From the NCBI GenBank assembly GCA_019923625.1, contig JAHXGN010000001.1, positions 8,939 to 72,938 of the forward strand: a stretch of 64,000 nt of DNA, read 5' to 3'. Under the pieces are notes generated by a model, which saw only the letters and a list, made by a program, of their open reading frames with translations, was not told where the DNA came from and did not search any database. Position numbers and translations under genes: made by a program. Position 1 is the stretch's first letter, and the number at the start of each line of letters is the position of its first letter. This document shows positions 20,955 through 30,609 of this stretch, piece after piece. This DNA comes from Candidatus Nealsonbacteria bacterium. GTDB taxonomy: Bacteria > Patescibacteriota > Minisyncoccia > Minisyncoccales > RBG-13-42-11.

Positions 20955-23900
20955 TTAAGAGCTTTGCTCTTTTGGTTTCTCTTTGACTTCTACATTCAAT
21001 CCCAGTGATTTTAATTCTGAAACCAATAAATTAAAAGAGGAAGGAACATTGGGGGTTTTTATTTTTTCTCCTTTTAGAATTGCTTCATAAGTTGCCGCCC
21101 GGCCCAAAACATCATCTGATTTGATGGTTAACATTTCTTGTAGGGTATGAGCTGCGCCATAACCCTCTAAAGCCCAGACCTCCATTTCACCGAAACGTTG
21201 ACCGCCAAATTGAGCCTTACCTCCCAAGGGCTGCTGAGTAATTAAAGAATAGGGACCAATTGACCTCATATGAATTTTGTCATCAACCATATGAATAAGT
21301 TTCATTAAAAACATATAGCCAACCGTTACCTTTTCCGAAAAGGGAAGACCTGTCCAGCCATCATATAAAGTAACTTTACCGTTTTGGGGCAAACCGGCTC
21401 GAATAAGCTCTTTTTTAATATCGGATTCTTCTGCCCCATTAAGGCTAGGGGAAATGGCAATATAATCCATTTTTTTGGCTGCCCAACCCAAATGGGTTTC
21501 TAAAATTTGACCGATGTTCATTCTGGAAATAACGCCCATTGGATTTAAAATAATATCAACCGGAGTGCCATCTTCTAAAAAAGGCATTTCTTCTTCTGGT
21601 AGAATTTTAGAAATAACCCCTTTGTTGCCATGCCGACCGATTAATTTATCTCCTGCTTTAATTTTTCTGATTTCAGCCACCTCCACCTCTATTTTTTTTA
21701 TTATGCCGGGTTCTAATTTATGACCGAGTTCCCGGGAAAAAATTTTTACTCCGACCACTCTCCCCTTTTTCCCATGTTCCATTTTTAAAGAAGTGTCTTT
21801 TACTTCCCTGGTTTTTTCGCCAAAAATAGCCCGAAGTAATCTTTCTTCGGATGTTAAGTCGCTTTCTCCTTTGGGAGAAATTTTACCAGCCAAAATATCA
21901 TTATCTTTAACTTCCGCTCCAATTCTGATAATTCCTTCTTCGTCTAAGTCCTTTAATTTTTCTTCGGAAACATTGGGAATATCGGCTGTGGTAATTTCTG
22001 GTCCCAATTTTGTTTCTCTGATATCACAGGTAAAATTTTCAATATGAATTGAAGTGAAAACATCTTCTTTAACCAATTTTTCAGAAATTAAAATTGCATC
22101 TTCAAAACCGCCTCCCCGCCAGGGCATAAAAGCGACTAAAATGTTTTTGCCCAAAGCCAATTTCCCGTTTTTAATAGCCGCTCCATCGGTTAAAATATCG
22201 CCTTTTTTGATTTTTTGACCTTTTTCAACTATGGGCTTCTGGTGAAAACAAGTATATTGATTGGTTTTGATAAAGGTCTTTAAATTATAGGTTTTTGGTT
22301 TTTGGTTTTTGATTTCTGATTTTACAACAATATGAGCGGCATCAACTTCTTGAACCAAACCATCTTCCTCGGCAATTATTATTTGACCCGAATCTCTCGC
22401 TATTGTTTCTTCCACTCCGGTAGCCACTAAAGGTTCCTCCGGTTTGATTAAAGGAATGGCCTGTCTTTGAGTATTGGAACCCACTAGGGCTCTATTAGCA
22501 TTATTGTTTTGTAAAAAAGGAATAAGGGAAGTAGAAATAGAAATGGATTGCTCAGAAGAGACATCAATAAAATCAATTTTATTTTTTTCAATCAAACCCG
22601 GCTCCCCTTTTATTCTGGCCTCAACTTTATCGGCAATTATATTTCCTTTTTCGTCGGTCAATACTCCACCAGAAGCAATATTGTATTTTTCTTCTTCATA
22701 AGCGTTAAAATAATGAACTTCTTGAGTAACCCGGCCATCTTTAACTTTAAAATAAGGTGTTTCAATAAAACCGTAAGGATTAACCTTGGCAAAAGAAGCC
22801 AAATAGCCAACTAAACCAATATTCGGGCCCTCCGGAGTTTGAATGGGACAAATTCGGCCATAGTGAGACGGCTGGACGTCCCTTACTTCAAATCCAGCTC
22901 TTTCTCTGACTAAACCTCCTGGTCCAGTAGATGATAACCTTCTTTTATGTTCTAATTCAGCCAAAGGGTTTTCATTGTCCATAAATTGGGCAACTTGAGA
23001 AGAAGTGAAAAACCCTTTAATTATCATCATAATCGGCCGAGGGTTGAATAATTGGGATGGAGTTAAGTTTAAAATATCAAGGGTTGACATTCTGTCTTTG
23101 ACAGCTCTTTCTATTCTCATAAAACCAACCCTTAATCTGTTTATTAATAATTCATTTAAAAGTCGGACTCGGCGATTTCCCAAATGGTCAATCTGGTCCG
23201 GCTTCCCCTCAGGGTCATTGTTTAATTTAATAATTTGGCGCATTACCGCCACAATATCTTCTGGCTTCAAAACCCTATCTTTCGTTGTGATTTCTTCGTC
23301 GTTATTTTTGATTTTTGCCTGGCCTGTTGGACCGGCCCTCAACTTAAGAGTGGGATCCTTTGAGGATTTTTGACCCCGCACCAGCCCCACTCCTTTGGAA
23401 AAGGGCGAGGTAATACCGGGCAAGTTTTTGATTTCAACGTCAAGACGTTGTCCCATCCGCCACCTCCCTACTTTTGACAAATCATATCTGTTAAAATTAA
23501 AAAACATATTTTCAATTAATTCTCGGGCCGTATCAGGTGTAGCCAAGTCCCCGGGCCTTAGTCGGTCGTAAATTTCAATCAGGGCTTCTGATTGATTGTG
23601 GGTAATATCGCGGGAAAACGTTTCTTCAAGATATTTTATTTCCGGGTCAATATCAACATCCTGAAAAATTTCTTTCATTGATTTTTCTTCTATTCCAAAA
23701 GCCCGTAAAAGAGTGGTGGCTGGAATTTTTCTTTTTCTGTCAATTTTAACTCCGATAAAGCCCGAGCCATCGGTTTCAAATTCCAGCCAGGCGCCCCGAT
23801 TGGGAATTATTTTTGCTCCGAAATAATTTTTTCCCAAAACATTTTCAGCCGTAAAAAAAACGCCCGGAGAGCGAATTAGTTGAGAAAATACCACTCTTTC

Positions 23901-24263
23901 CACTCCATTAACAATAAAAGTTCCCCTTTCAGTCATTAAGGGGAAATCGGTAAAAAAAACTTCTTGTTCTTTAATTTCTTTAGTTTTCAGATTAATTAAT
24001 CTGGTTTTTACCCTCAGGTTAACCTCATAAGAGTCGCTGTTTTGTTTTGCCTCCAAATCGGTTTTATATTTTGGCTCGTCTAATTTATAATCTAAAAACC
24101 AGAGTTCCAATTCTTTTCCGCTATAATCTCTAATTGGCGAGATTTCCGAAAAAAGTTCTTTTAAATCCTCTTGCCAAAATTTCTGCCAGCATTCTTTTTG
24201 AAGAATTAACAAATGAGAAAGGGGAAAAGAAATTTTTGACTTGCTGAAGTTTTTAATTTTCAT
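20955..24263 (-). CDS. rpoB: RNA polymerase beta subunit
   Basis: 1102 aa with conserved beta regions throughout. Confidence 0.9.
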   Translation of the reverse strand: MKIKNFSKSKISFPLSHLLILQKECWQKFWQEDLKELFSEISPIRDYSGKELELWFLDYKLDEPKYKTDLEAKQNSDSYEVNLRVKTRLINLKTKEIKEQEVFFTDFPLMTERGTFIVNGVERVVFSQLIRSPGVFFTAENVLGKNYFGAKIIPNRGAWLEFETDGSGFIGVKIDRKRKIPATTLLRAFGIEEKSMKEIFQDVDIDPEIKYLEETFSRDITHNQSEALIEIYDRLRPGDLATPDTARELIENMFFNFNRYDLSKVGRWRMGQRLDVEIKNLPGITSPFSKGVGLVRGQKSSKDPTLKLRAGPTGQAKIKNNDEEITTKDRVLKPEDIVAVMRQIIKLNNDPEGKPDQIDHLGNRRVRLLNELLINRLRVGFMRIERAVKDRMSTLDILNLTPSQLFNPRPIMMIIKGFFTSSQVAQFMDNENPLAELEHKRRLSSTGPGGLVRERAGFEVRDVQPSHYGRICPIQTPEGPNIGLVGYLASFAKVNPYGFIETPYFKVKDGRVTQEVHYFNAYEEEKYNIASGGVLTDEKGNIIADKVEARIKGEPGLIEKNKIDFIDVSSEQSISISTSLIPFLQNNNANRALVGSNTQRQAIPLIKPEEPLVATGVEETIARDSGQIIIAEEDGLVQEVDAAHIVVKSEIKNQKPKTYNLKTFIKTNQYTCFHQKPIVEKGQKIKKGDILTDGAAIKNGKLALGKNILVAFMPWRGGGFEDAILISEKLVKEDVFTSIHIENFTCDIRETKLGPEITTADIPNVSEEKLKDLDEEGIIRIGAEVKDNDILAGKISPKGESDLTSEERLLRAIFGEKTREVKDTSLKMEHGKKGRVVGVKIFSRELGHKLEPGIIKKIEVEVAEIRKIKAGDKLIGRHGNKGVISKILPEEEMPFLEDGTPVDIILNPMGVISRMNIGQILETHLGWAAKKMDYIAISPSLNGAEESDIKKELIRAGLPQNGKVTLYDGWTGLPFSEKVTVGYMFLMKLIHMVDDKIHMRSIGPYSLITQQPLGGKAQFGGQRFGEMEVWALEGYGAAHTLQEMLTIKSDDVLGRAATYEAILKGEKIKTPNVPSSFNLLVSELKSLGLNVEVKEKPKEQSS

Positions 24264-25159
24264 AAAACTACAAAAAACCCTAAATTGAGCAGTTTTTAGG
24301 GCACAAATCCGATTATTAATTTTAAAAAAGGGTTATTCTCAAGACAAAATTTCTAATGGGGTGAATTTGTTAGTTTTTTGGAGTTGTCCCGGATCTCGTT
24401 TTAAGGTGATAAGATCAACACCCTAAGGTTAGTTTGAGAATTCTCGCAAACCAACAATAATCCACGGACAGGTTCCCCTACCCGTGCCTTGTTCATGTTT
24501 TTCCCTATATCGCTATAGAGCATGGACTATATCATCATCCTCTGAATGTTCCATCGTGTAATGCTCCAAGAAGATAAGATTTAATTCGAAGAGAATTTTG
24601 TTCTCTTCTCAATACTTTGTTTTTACTTCGTAATTTTCTTTTAGGATTACTCCTAAAAGGTCGCAACAAGTAGTTTACATCTACGACTTACGCCTTCTCA
24701 CTGAGCTCAGCTTAACCCCGCCCTCTAAACTCTATAACTTCATTTAATAAATAAAGCGCAGAGGGCGAGGTTTCGGCTATTCTCCACCGTGACGTGGCTG
24801 ATTCACGGTTACTAGCGATTCCGGCTTCATGAGGTCAGGTTGCAGACCTCAATCCGAACTAAGGTAGCTTTTGATGAGATTAGCTCCGGCTTACGCCTTG
24901 GCAACTCTTTGTAACTACCATTGTATCATGTGTGCAGCCCAGGGCATCAAAGGGTCACGCTGATCTGGCGTCATCCCCACCTTCCTCCCCGCCCTCTAGG
25001 CTCTATAACTTCAATTTAAAATAAATACATAAAGCATAGAGGGCGAGGCAGTCTCCCGCGACACTTGTAACGCGGGATAGGGGTTGCGCAGGTTTCCCCA
25101 TTTAAGGAAGCACCTCAAGGCACCTGCTGACGACCATATTTCTCCATAATTACTTATGG

Positions 25160-26095
25160 TATGGACTATACCATTTCCCGTATTTAGTACGGGACCAGCG
25201 TTTAATGATGGGTTGTACCATCATTTAACTCTCTTAACCCTAGCAAGAGTTAAGTCTCTACGGGGTACGAGTACTAATTTTTGTAACTTCACTGAATAGG
25301 GTAAAATACTTTCCAAAAATTTTTTCACCTCATAACGAGAAATATAAAGACAAAATGTTTTCGCAGTTTTGTAGTAATAAACTCTTACATTACTAATGCC
25401 AATTCTTTTAAGAAGCTCTTTATCTTTCTCAGCTTCACCTTCTCTCCCATAAACAATCCGACAATCATTCCGTAAGTTTTTATCAATTGAACCATCTCCA
25501 TCGAATCTGCCAGCGAAATAGGCTTTTATTATATTCTCTTTCTCTTTCTTTAAACTTTCTAAATTAGCTTTAGCTCTTCTAAATTCTCTCAATAATGGAC
25601 GACTATTTACGAATAAATGGTTCCGGTTAAACTTTATTCTGTTTTTTGGAAAAATTCTTTTCAAAAATTTTCTAAACATTTCAATTAAATCAGGGTTGGT
25701 ATTACTTAATCCTACTGAACTTGCCCACCAATAACTGTCAGCGCACCAAAGACCGAGAATATAAGCGTCTTTCTCGTTTGAGAAGAAATTACAAAAATTA
25801 GTACTCGCACTTCCCACGGTGTTGCCCACCCCGCCCCCTAAGCTGTTTTTCAAGTTTTTTATTTCCATAATATATTCTTCTATTTTATCAAGAATATAAC
25901 CAATATTAAACAGCACAGGGGGCGGGGCTCGGGTTTCACCGTTATGAGCTGGTTTTTCATCGTGGATTACTCCACGAGGGGTCGTATCCCGCCCTCTAAG
26001 CCCGTCGAATTTTTATTTAGCGAATAATAAGATTTAATTTCTAATTGATTTCGCTTACTATTATTCTACGAGCATAGAGGGCGGGACCAACCATG
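25160..26095 (-). mobile_element. About 0.93-kb insertion (intron-like) in 16S after GGTGCTGCATGG (E. coli position ~1052), encoding a double-motif LAGLIDADG endonuclease (boundaries approximate)
   Basis: The 16S exon sequence resumes at GTCGTCAGCAGGTGCC. The insertion begins with the family-D hairpin tcccgccctcta...tagagggcggga. Confidence 0.6.
25221..25916 (-). CDS. LAGLIDADG homing endonuclease (two motifs: LGLWCADSYW and YFAGRFDGDGSI)
   Basis: Motifs read directly from the ORF translation. The ORF lies inside the 16S insertion. Confidence 0.75.
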   Translation of the reverse strand: MLFNIGYILDKIEEYIMEIKNLKNSLGGGVGNTVGSASTNFCNFFSNEKDAYILGLWCADSYWWASSVGLSNTNPDLIEMFRKFLKRIFPKNRIKFNRNHLFVNSRPLLREFRRAKANLESLKKEKENIIKAYFAGRFDGDGSIDKNLRNDCRIVYGREGEAEKDKELLKRIGISNVRVYYYKTAKTFCLYISRYEVKKFLESILPYSVKLQKLVLVPRRDLTLARVKRVK

Positions 26096-26230
26096 CAGCA
26101 CCTGTTCCACTATCCTTGTGGGTAGTTCCATTTTTCAACGGAATTTTAGTGGAATGTCAAGCCCTGGTAAGGTTCCTCGCTTGTTATCGAATTAAGCCAC
26201 ATGATCCACCGCTTGTGTGAGTCCCCGTCT

Positions 26231-26262
<32 letters not shown>

Positions 26263-26374
26263 TCCCAGGCGGGACACTTAACGCGTTAGCTTCGCCACTT
26301 GAAGGGTCGACACTTCAAATAGCTAGTGTCCATCGTTTACAGCGTGGACTACAAAGGTATCTCACTTTTGTTAC

Positions 26375-26925
26375 TTTCCTCCGTAAGCGGAGGAGGGATA
26401 GAGCATTTCTGTCTATCTCTCTACGTCGCCGTAGAGGTCGGACTATATCTTTATCTCAATTGAATTGACAACTGCTCTATAAAATCCATCTGTAATTATG
26501 CCAATTCTTATCCGTTCTTTATCCAGTCCAAATATATTCACCATACAATCTCGAAATAGTTGAATGAGAATTTCTGACGAGTTCGAAAAATAAATCCTCC
26601 AACTATTTTTCTTTTTAGGAGAAACACACCCATCAGTAAATAATATTGCCAATAGAGAAGCAAGGTCTTTACTTATCTGTTTTGAGATATCTGGCATATA
26701 GTCTCTGAGGATCCCGAACACATGATGCTTTATGTGCTGCGGTTTCCTGCTGATTGTCTGCACTAGTAGCTTTGTCACTTAAAGAGATAATTAATATAAT
26801 AATTATAACATATAAGTAGCTCTAGATACACAGGTTTTCCAGCATATAGCCAGATTATTTCTTCCTCCAAGACAAGGAAGGGATCCAAAAACTTCGAGAA
26901 TCAAACCGCGGTATGCGATGTCTTT
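26375..26925 (-). mobile_element. About 0.55-kb insertion in 16S near the GGATTAGATAC|CC region (position ~790), encoding a short single-motif LAGLIDADG protein (boundaries approximate)
   Basis: 16S sequence GAAAGCGTGGGGAGTAAAAAGGATTCAAGAGGATAC is interrupted here and resumes at GATACCTTTGTAGTCCACGCTGTAAACGATG. Confidence 0.55.
26443..26778 (-). CDS. LAGLIDADG-family protein (single motif LLAILFTDGCVS), possibly degenerate
   Basis: Motif in the translation. The ORF lies inside the 16S insertion. Confidence 0.55.
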   Translation of the reverse strand: MTKLLVQTISRKPQHIKHHVFGILRDYMPDISKQISKDLASLLAILFTDGCVSPKKKNSWRIYFSNSSEILIQLFRDCMVNIFGLDKERIRIGIITDGFYRAVVNSIEIKI

Positions 26926-28381
26926 TATTCTCGAGTATCCTCTTGAATCCTTTTTACTCCCCACGCTTTCGTCTCTCAGCGTCAGATCCGTTCCAGCTGA
27001 TTGCCTTCGCTTTTGGGGTTCCAGTCGATATCAACGGATTTCACCCCTACACCGACCATTCCATCAGCCCCTAACGGCCTCTAGTTAAGTAGTTTCTAGG
27101 GCACTCTTCAGGTTAAGCCCGAAGTTTTTAACCCTAGACTTACCAAACCGCCTACAGACTCTTTACGCCCAATAAATCCGGATAACGCTTGGGGGCTCTG
27201 TATTACCGCTGCTGCTGGCACAGAGTTAGCACCCCCTTATTCCTGGAATAATGTCACCCCGCCCCCTAGGCTCATCACCAAAGCTATCTAATTCACCACG
27301 TTAAAAAAAGATAATGAAACTAGATAAACTTAGTCACGAGCATAGGGGGCAGGGTTCTTCCTCCAGAAAAGCTCTTTACACCCCGAAGGGTTTCTTCAAG
27401 CACGCGGCGTCGCTGGTTCAGGCTTTCGCCCATTGACCAATATTCTCGGCTGCTGCCTCCCGTAGGAGTGGGGCCCGTGCGGTCATGTTCTCACACCGCC
27501 TACCCGTCATCGCCTTGGTGAGCCATTACCTCACCAACTAGCTGATAAGCCGCAGACCCATCCCTAAGCAGTTCTTGCGAACCTTTTACCAGGAACCGAT
27601 TTATATCTGTAAGAACTGCTCGGAATTTCCATACTTACAAACACAAATCGGTTCCCGGATCATTGGGTATTAGCTTGTCTTTCGACAAATTATTCCCATC
27701 TCAGGGGTTGGTTATCTACGTGTTACTAACCCGTTCGCCATTAGCCAATGCTCCGCATTGGCACGCTGATTTACGCGGATTAGGGCTCGCTTCGCTCGCA
27801 ACGCGGATTTACGCGGAAAAATTATCCGCGTTTATCCGCGTCCGGTTGCAAAGCAACCGCCAATCTACGTTTATCCGCGTGTCAGTGCGAAGCACTGACT
27901 CATACGACTTGCATGCCTTATCCACGCCGCCAGCGTTCATCCTGGACCAGGATCAAATCCTCAATAATACGCTGAAGTTGCGCTGAAAAAAGATTTCCGC
28001 TGAATTTTAATCAACGTACTCATCAGCGTCATATCAGCGGTGTCCCCGTAAGGGGACATTCGGGACAACTCAAAAAAACTAAATGAACGATAGTGAATTT
28101 ACCATTCACTCCGTTCCGATTCAATTTTCAAGGTTCTTTCCTTTTTATGTTTTTCTTCCCCGGTATTACTACCCGAAAAAGAAAATAATCAACAACTGCA
28201 ACACTTTTTCTTTTTTGTTTTCTTTGCCATGTTTTCTTTATTCTTTTACTTGTCTTTAAATTTTACTTTTTAAAAAAACTTTTGTCAAGTCCAGTCTTGT
28301 ACAACAAGATGAGCCCCAAATGAAAGCCATTTCTAACGCAAAACGACCCTGAAATTTGTGTTGAAAACAGCGGAGAAGAGA

Positions 28382-29010
28382 CTATATTTCTTCAATTTTC
28401 TTTTTAAAATCTTCCCATTTAATATTTTTTCCGCCGGCCAACTTACAAATTTCAAAAAATTCGCAATATTGACATTGCCAGCCCGTTGGAAAGACCGATA
28501 ATCTTTCGGGAAGAATATTTGCTTTAATTTTTGATTTTAATTCTTCAAAATTAATCAAAAGTTTATTGACTAATTTTTAATTCCAAAATAATGGAGATAG
28601 AGCTGAATTTGATAAGAATCTTCTATTTTCGGTTCTGTCATTTTTTCCAAATTCATTCGGCCGCTGATACTTTTAATATCTAAAACATAGGGTTCTCCTT
28701 CAAGGCTGATAATAGCATCGGCCCGGCCGGAAACTATTTCCTGAGGAGGAATATCAATCTCAGTTGCCCTTATTAACCTTAAACTGATAAGGGGTCTTAA
28801 AATTAATTGATGAATATAGTTTCCGTACTCAAATAATCTTAATTTTTCAGCTTCAATTTCTTTGGCCGGAGCTTTCTTAAATCTAAAAAAAATACTTCTC
28901 GGACATTTTCCAGCTTCACTAATATAAAATTTGGCTCTTTCTTTGTTCCTTCTTTCATTTTTTTCTCTTTCTTTATCCAAATAAAGTTTATCAATAAGTT
29001 CCTTTAACAT
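28382..29010 (-). pseudogene. Cas4-family (RecB-like PD-(D/E)xK, DUF83) nuclease gene split by a -1 frame break
   Basis: The 146-aa ORF (28570..29010) carries the Cas4 N-terminal Cys motif (EAGKCPRS) and the motifs EYGNYIHQ, GRADAI, EGEPYVLDIKS and the QxxxY motif (YQIQLY). After its TAG stop, a -1 frame continues ...WQCQYCEFFEIC..., supplying the Cas4 C-terminal C-x2-C-x5-C Fe-S cysteines, down to TAG at 28382-28384. The frames overlap at the run ggaattAAAAAttag. Confidence 0.65.
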
Positions 29011-29039
29011 ATAAAATAATTACGCGCTTGCCGAGCGGA

Positions 29040-29210
29040 TTTATTCTTATAACAGGAGCGAGGCAATAAGTTTCAGAGTAAATTTCGCAGGTCTGTTGGC
29101 ATGGCTCCCGACAAAGTCGGGACAACAGACCGAGAATTTAGATAGTCAAATTTCGCTGGAAATTTGAACTATCGGTACTCTGAAACTTCGTTGCCGAGCG
29201 GATTTACCGT
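29040..29210. ncRNA. Family-C structured intergenic element, copy E1, downstream of rpsI; flanked by direct repeats TTGCCGAGCGGATTTA at 29027 and 29193
   Basis: GAGCGAGGCAATAAGTTTCAGAG ... CTCTGAAACTTCGTTGCCGAGCGG, with nested stems ggtctgttg/caacagacc and tcccgac/gtcggga. Confidence 0.5.
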
Positions 29211-29884
29211 TTTTGCCACTGCGGCGCGCGGCGGGCGCGCTTTAAGCCGAATTTTTTTCTCTCTTTTTTACGGGGATCGCGTTTTAAATAACCGGCCTTT
29301 TTTAATCTTTTTCTGAAATCGGGGTTAAATAAAATTAAAGCCCGGGCAATCCCGTGTCTGATAGCTTCGGCTTGAGAATGAATTCCTCCACCTTTAACCT
29401 TAATCAAAATCCGGAATTTATCAAAACACTTCATTTTTTCCAAAGAAGCAGTAGTAATTTGCTGAAGTTCAAGGGTTGGAAAATAAAGATTATAAGGTTT
29501 TTCATTAACCAAAAAAACCCTTTCTCCCTGGGTAAAAATCCTGATTCTGGCTATGGCTGTTTTTCTCCGACCGATTGCTTCAAGATACTTTTCTGGTTTA
29601 GGTGGAAGTTTTGGTTTCTTATCCTCTTTCGGAGGCAGTTTTTCCTTAGGGGGGGTCTTTTCTATTTTTTTTATTTTCGGTTTTTTCTCAATTTCCCGAG
29701 CGCTAGCGAGGGAGTTCGAAGAGAACTCTGTTCTCTTCTCACGCCCCACCTTCCTATCGTCGGGTTCAACGTTCGAAGAGAACTCTGTTCTCTTCTCACG
29801 CCTCACCTTCCTATCGTCAGGTTCAGCGCAAGAAGAAGCAATAGTTTCATTGAGCTTTGTTTTTTTATTTTTTTCTATCGGCAT
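29204..29884 (-). CDS. rpsI: 30S ribosomal protein S9 with an about 95-aa N-terminal extension containing two tandem family-A repeat units
   Basis: S9 core KYLEAIGRRKTAIARIRI...ARRAPQWQKR. The extension contains [19 protein letters not shown] twice. Confidence 0.85.
   Translation of the reverse strand: MPIEKNKKTKLNETIASSCAEPDDRKVRREKRTEFSSNVEPDDRKVGREKRTEFSSNSLASAREIEKKPKIKKIEKTPPKEKLPPKEDKKPKLPPKPEKYLEAIGRRKTAIARIRIFTQGERVFLVNEKPYNLYFPTLELQQITTASLEKMKCFDKFRILIKVKGGGIHSQAEAIRHGIARALILFNPDFRKRLKKAGYLKRDPRKKERKKFGLKRARRAPQWQKR
29695..29828. repeat. Family-A element, tandem 1.7 copies inside rpsI (cccgagcgctagcgagggagTTCGAAGAGAACtctGTTCTCTTCtcacgcc..caccttcctatcgtc.ggttca.cg), containing a 9-bp-stem hairpin
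   Basis: Near-identical copies at 42525-42601 (rplR) and 47458-47570 (rplV). Confidence 0.9.
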
Positions 29885-29886
29885 TT

Positions 29887-30234
29887 TTATTCTATTTTTA
29901 ATTTTTTAATTATTTTCTCTCTTAATTTGTTTTTCGGCAACATGCCGTAAATGGCCATTTTCAAAACCTTGGCTGGATTTTTCTTAAAAATTATTTTTAA
30001 TGGAGTTTCTTTAAGACTGCCTAAATAACCCGAGTGATGGTAGTATTTTTTTTTCTCCATTTTTTTACCGGTTAATTTAATTTTTTCTACATTTTTAACC
30101 AGCACGAAATCACCCACATCTTTATATGGCACGAAATCTGGCTTGTGCTTACCCCGCAATAATATGGCAATTTCGCTTGCCAATCTGCCTAAAACCTTGT
30201 CAGTGGCATCAATGGTGTGGGTCTTACGTTCCAT
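29887..30234 (-). CDS. rplM: 50S ribosomal protein L13
   Basis: L13 sequence similarity (ATDKVLGRLASEIA...) and the rplM-rpsI gene order. Confidence 0.85.
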   Translation of the reverse strand: MERKTHTIDATDKVLGRLASEIAILLRGKHKPDFVPYKDVGDFVLVKNVEKIKLTGKKMEKKKYYHHSGYLGSLKETPLKIIFKKNPAKVLKMAIYGMLPKNKLREKIIKKLKIE

Positions 30235-30258
30235 AATTTAAAAATTTGAAATTTAAAA

Positions 30259-30609
30259 TTATTTTATTAATTCAATAATGGCCATTTTGGCGCCGTTTGA
30301 TTTTCTCGGCCCCAACTTAATAATCCGGGTATAGCCGCCCTTTTTTTCTTTATATCTAAGGGCAATTTCTTCTATTATTTTTTTTACTACCTTTGGTGAA
30401 AATTTTTGAAGCAATAATCTTCGCGAGGTCAAATTGTTTTTTTGGGCCCTGGTAATTGTTTTTTCAAGAAATGGTCGCACCTCTTTGGCTTTTGCCTCGG
30501 TTGTTTTAATTTTTTCTTTCAAAAAAAGAGAGCTTGCCAAGCTTCTCAACAAGGCCTTTCTTTGGTCTCTTTTTCTATTTAGTTTTCTTCCCTTTTTTCT
30601 TTTTTTCAT
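30259..30609 (-). CDS. rplQ: 50S ribosomal protein L17
   Basis: RKLNRKRDQRKALLRSL... GGYTRIIKLG signature. Confidence 0.85.
   Translation of the reverse strand: MKKRKKGRKLNRKRDQRKALLRSLASSLFLKEKIKTTEAKAKEVRPFLEKTITRAQKNNLTSRRLLLQKFSPKVVKKIIEEIALRYKEKKGGYTRIIKLGPRKSNGAKMAIIELIK

Noticed and set aside
29354-29950. + strand ORFs 29354..29950 and 29553..29909 (also 42442..42709, 35661..35969, 35687..35890)
   Set aside because: They are antisense or alternative-frame readings of the repeat-containing rpsI, rplR and FtsA-like genes. The repeats are low in stop codons, which inflates spurious ORFs.
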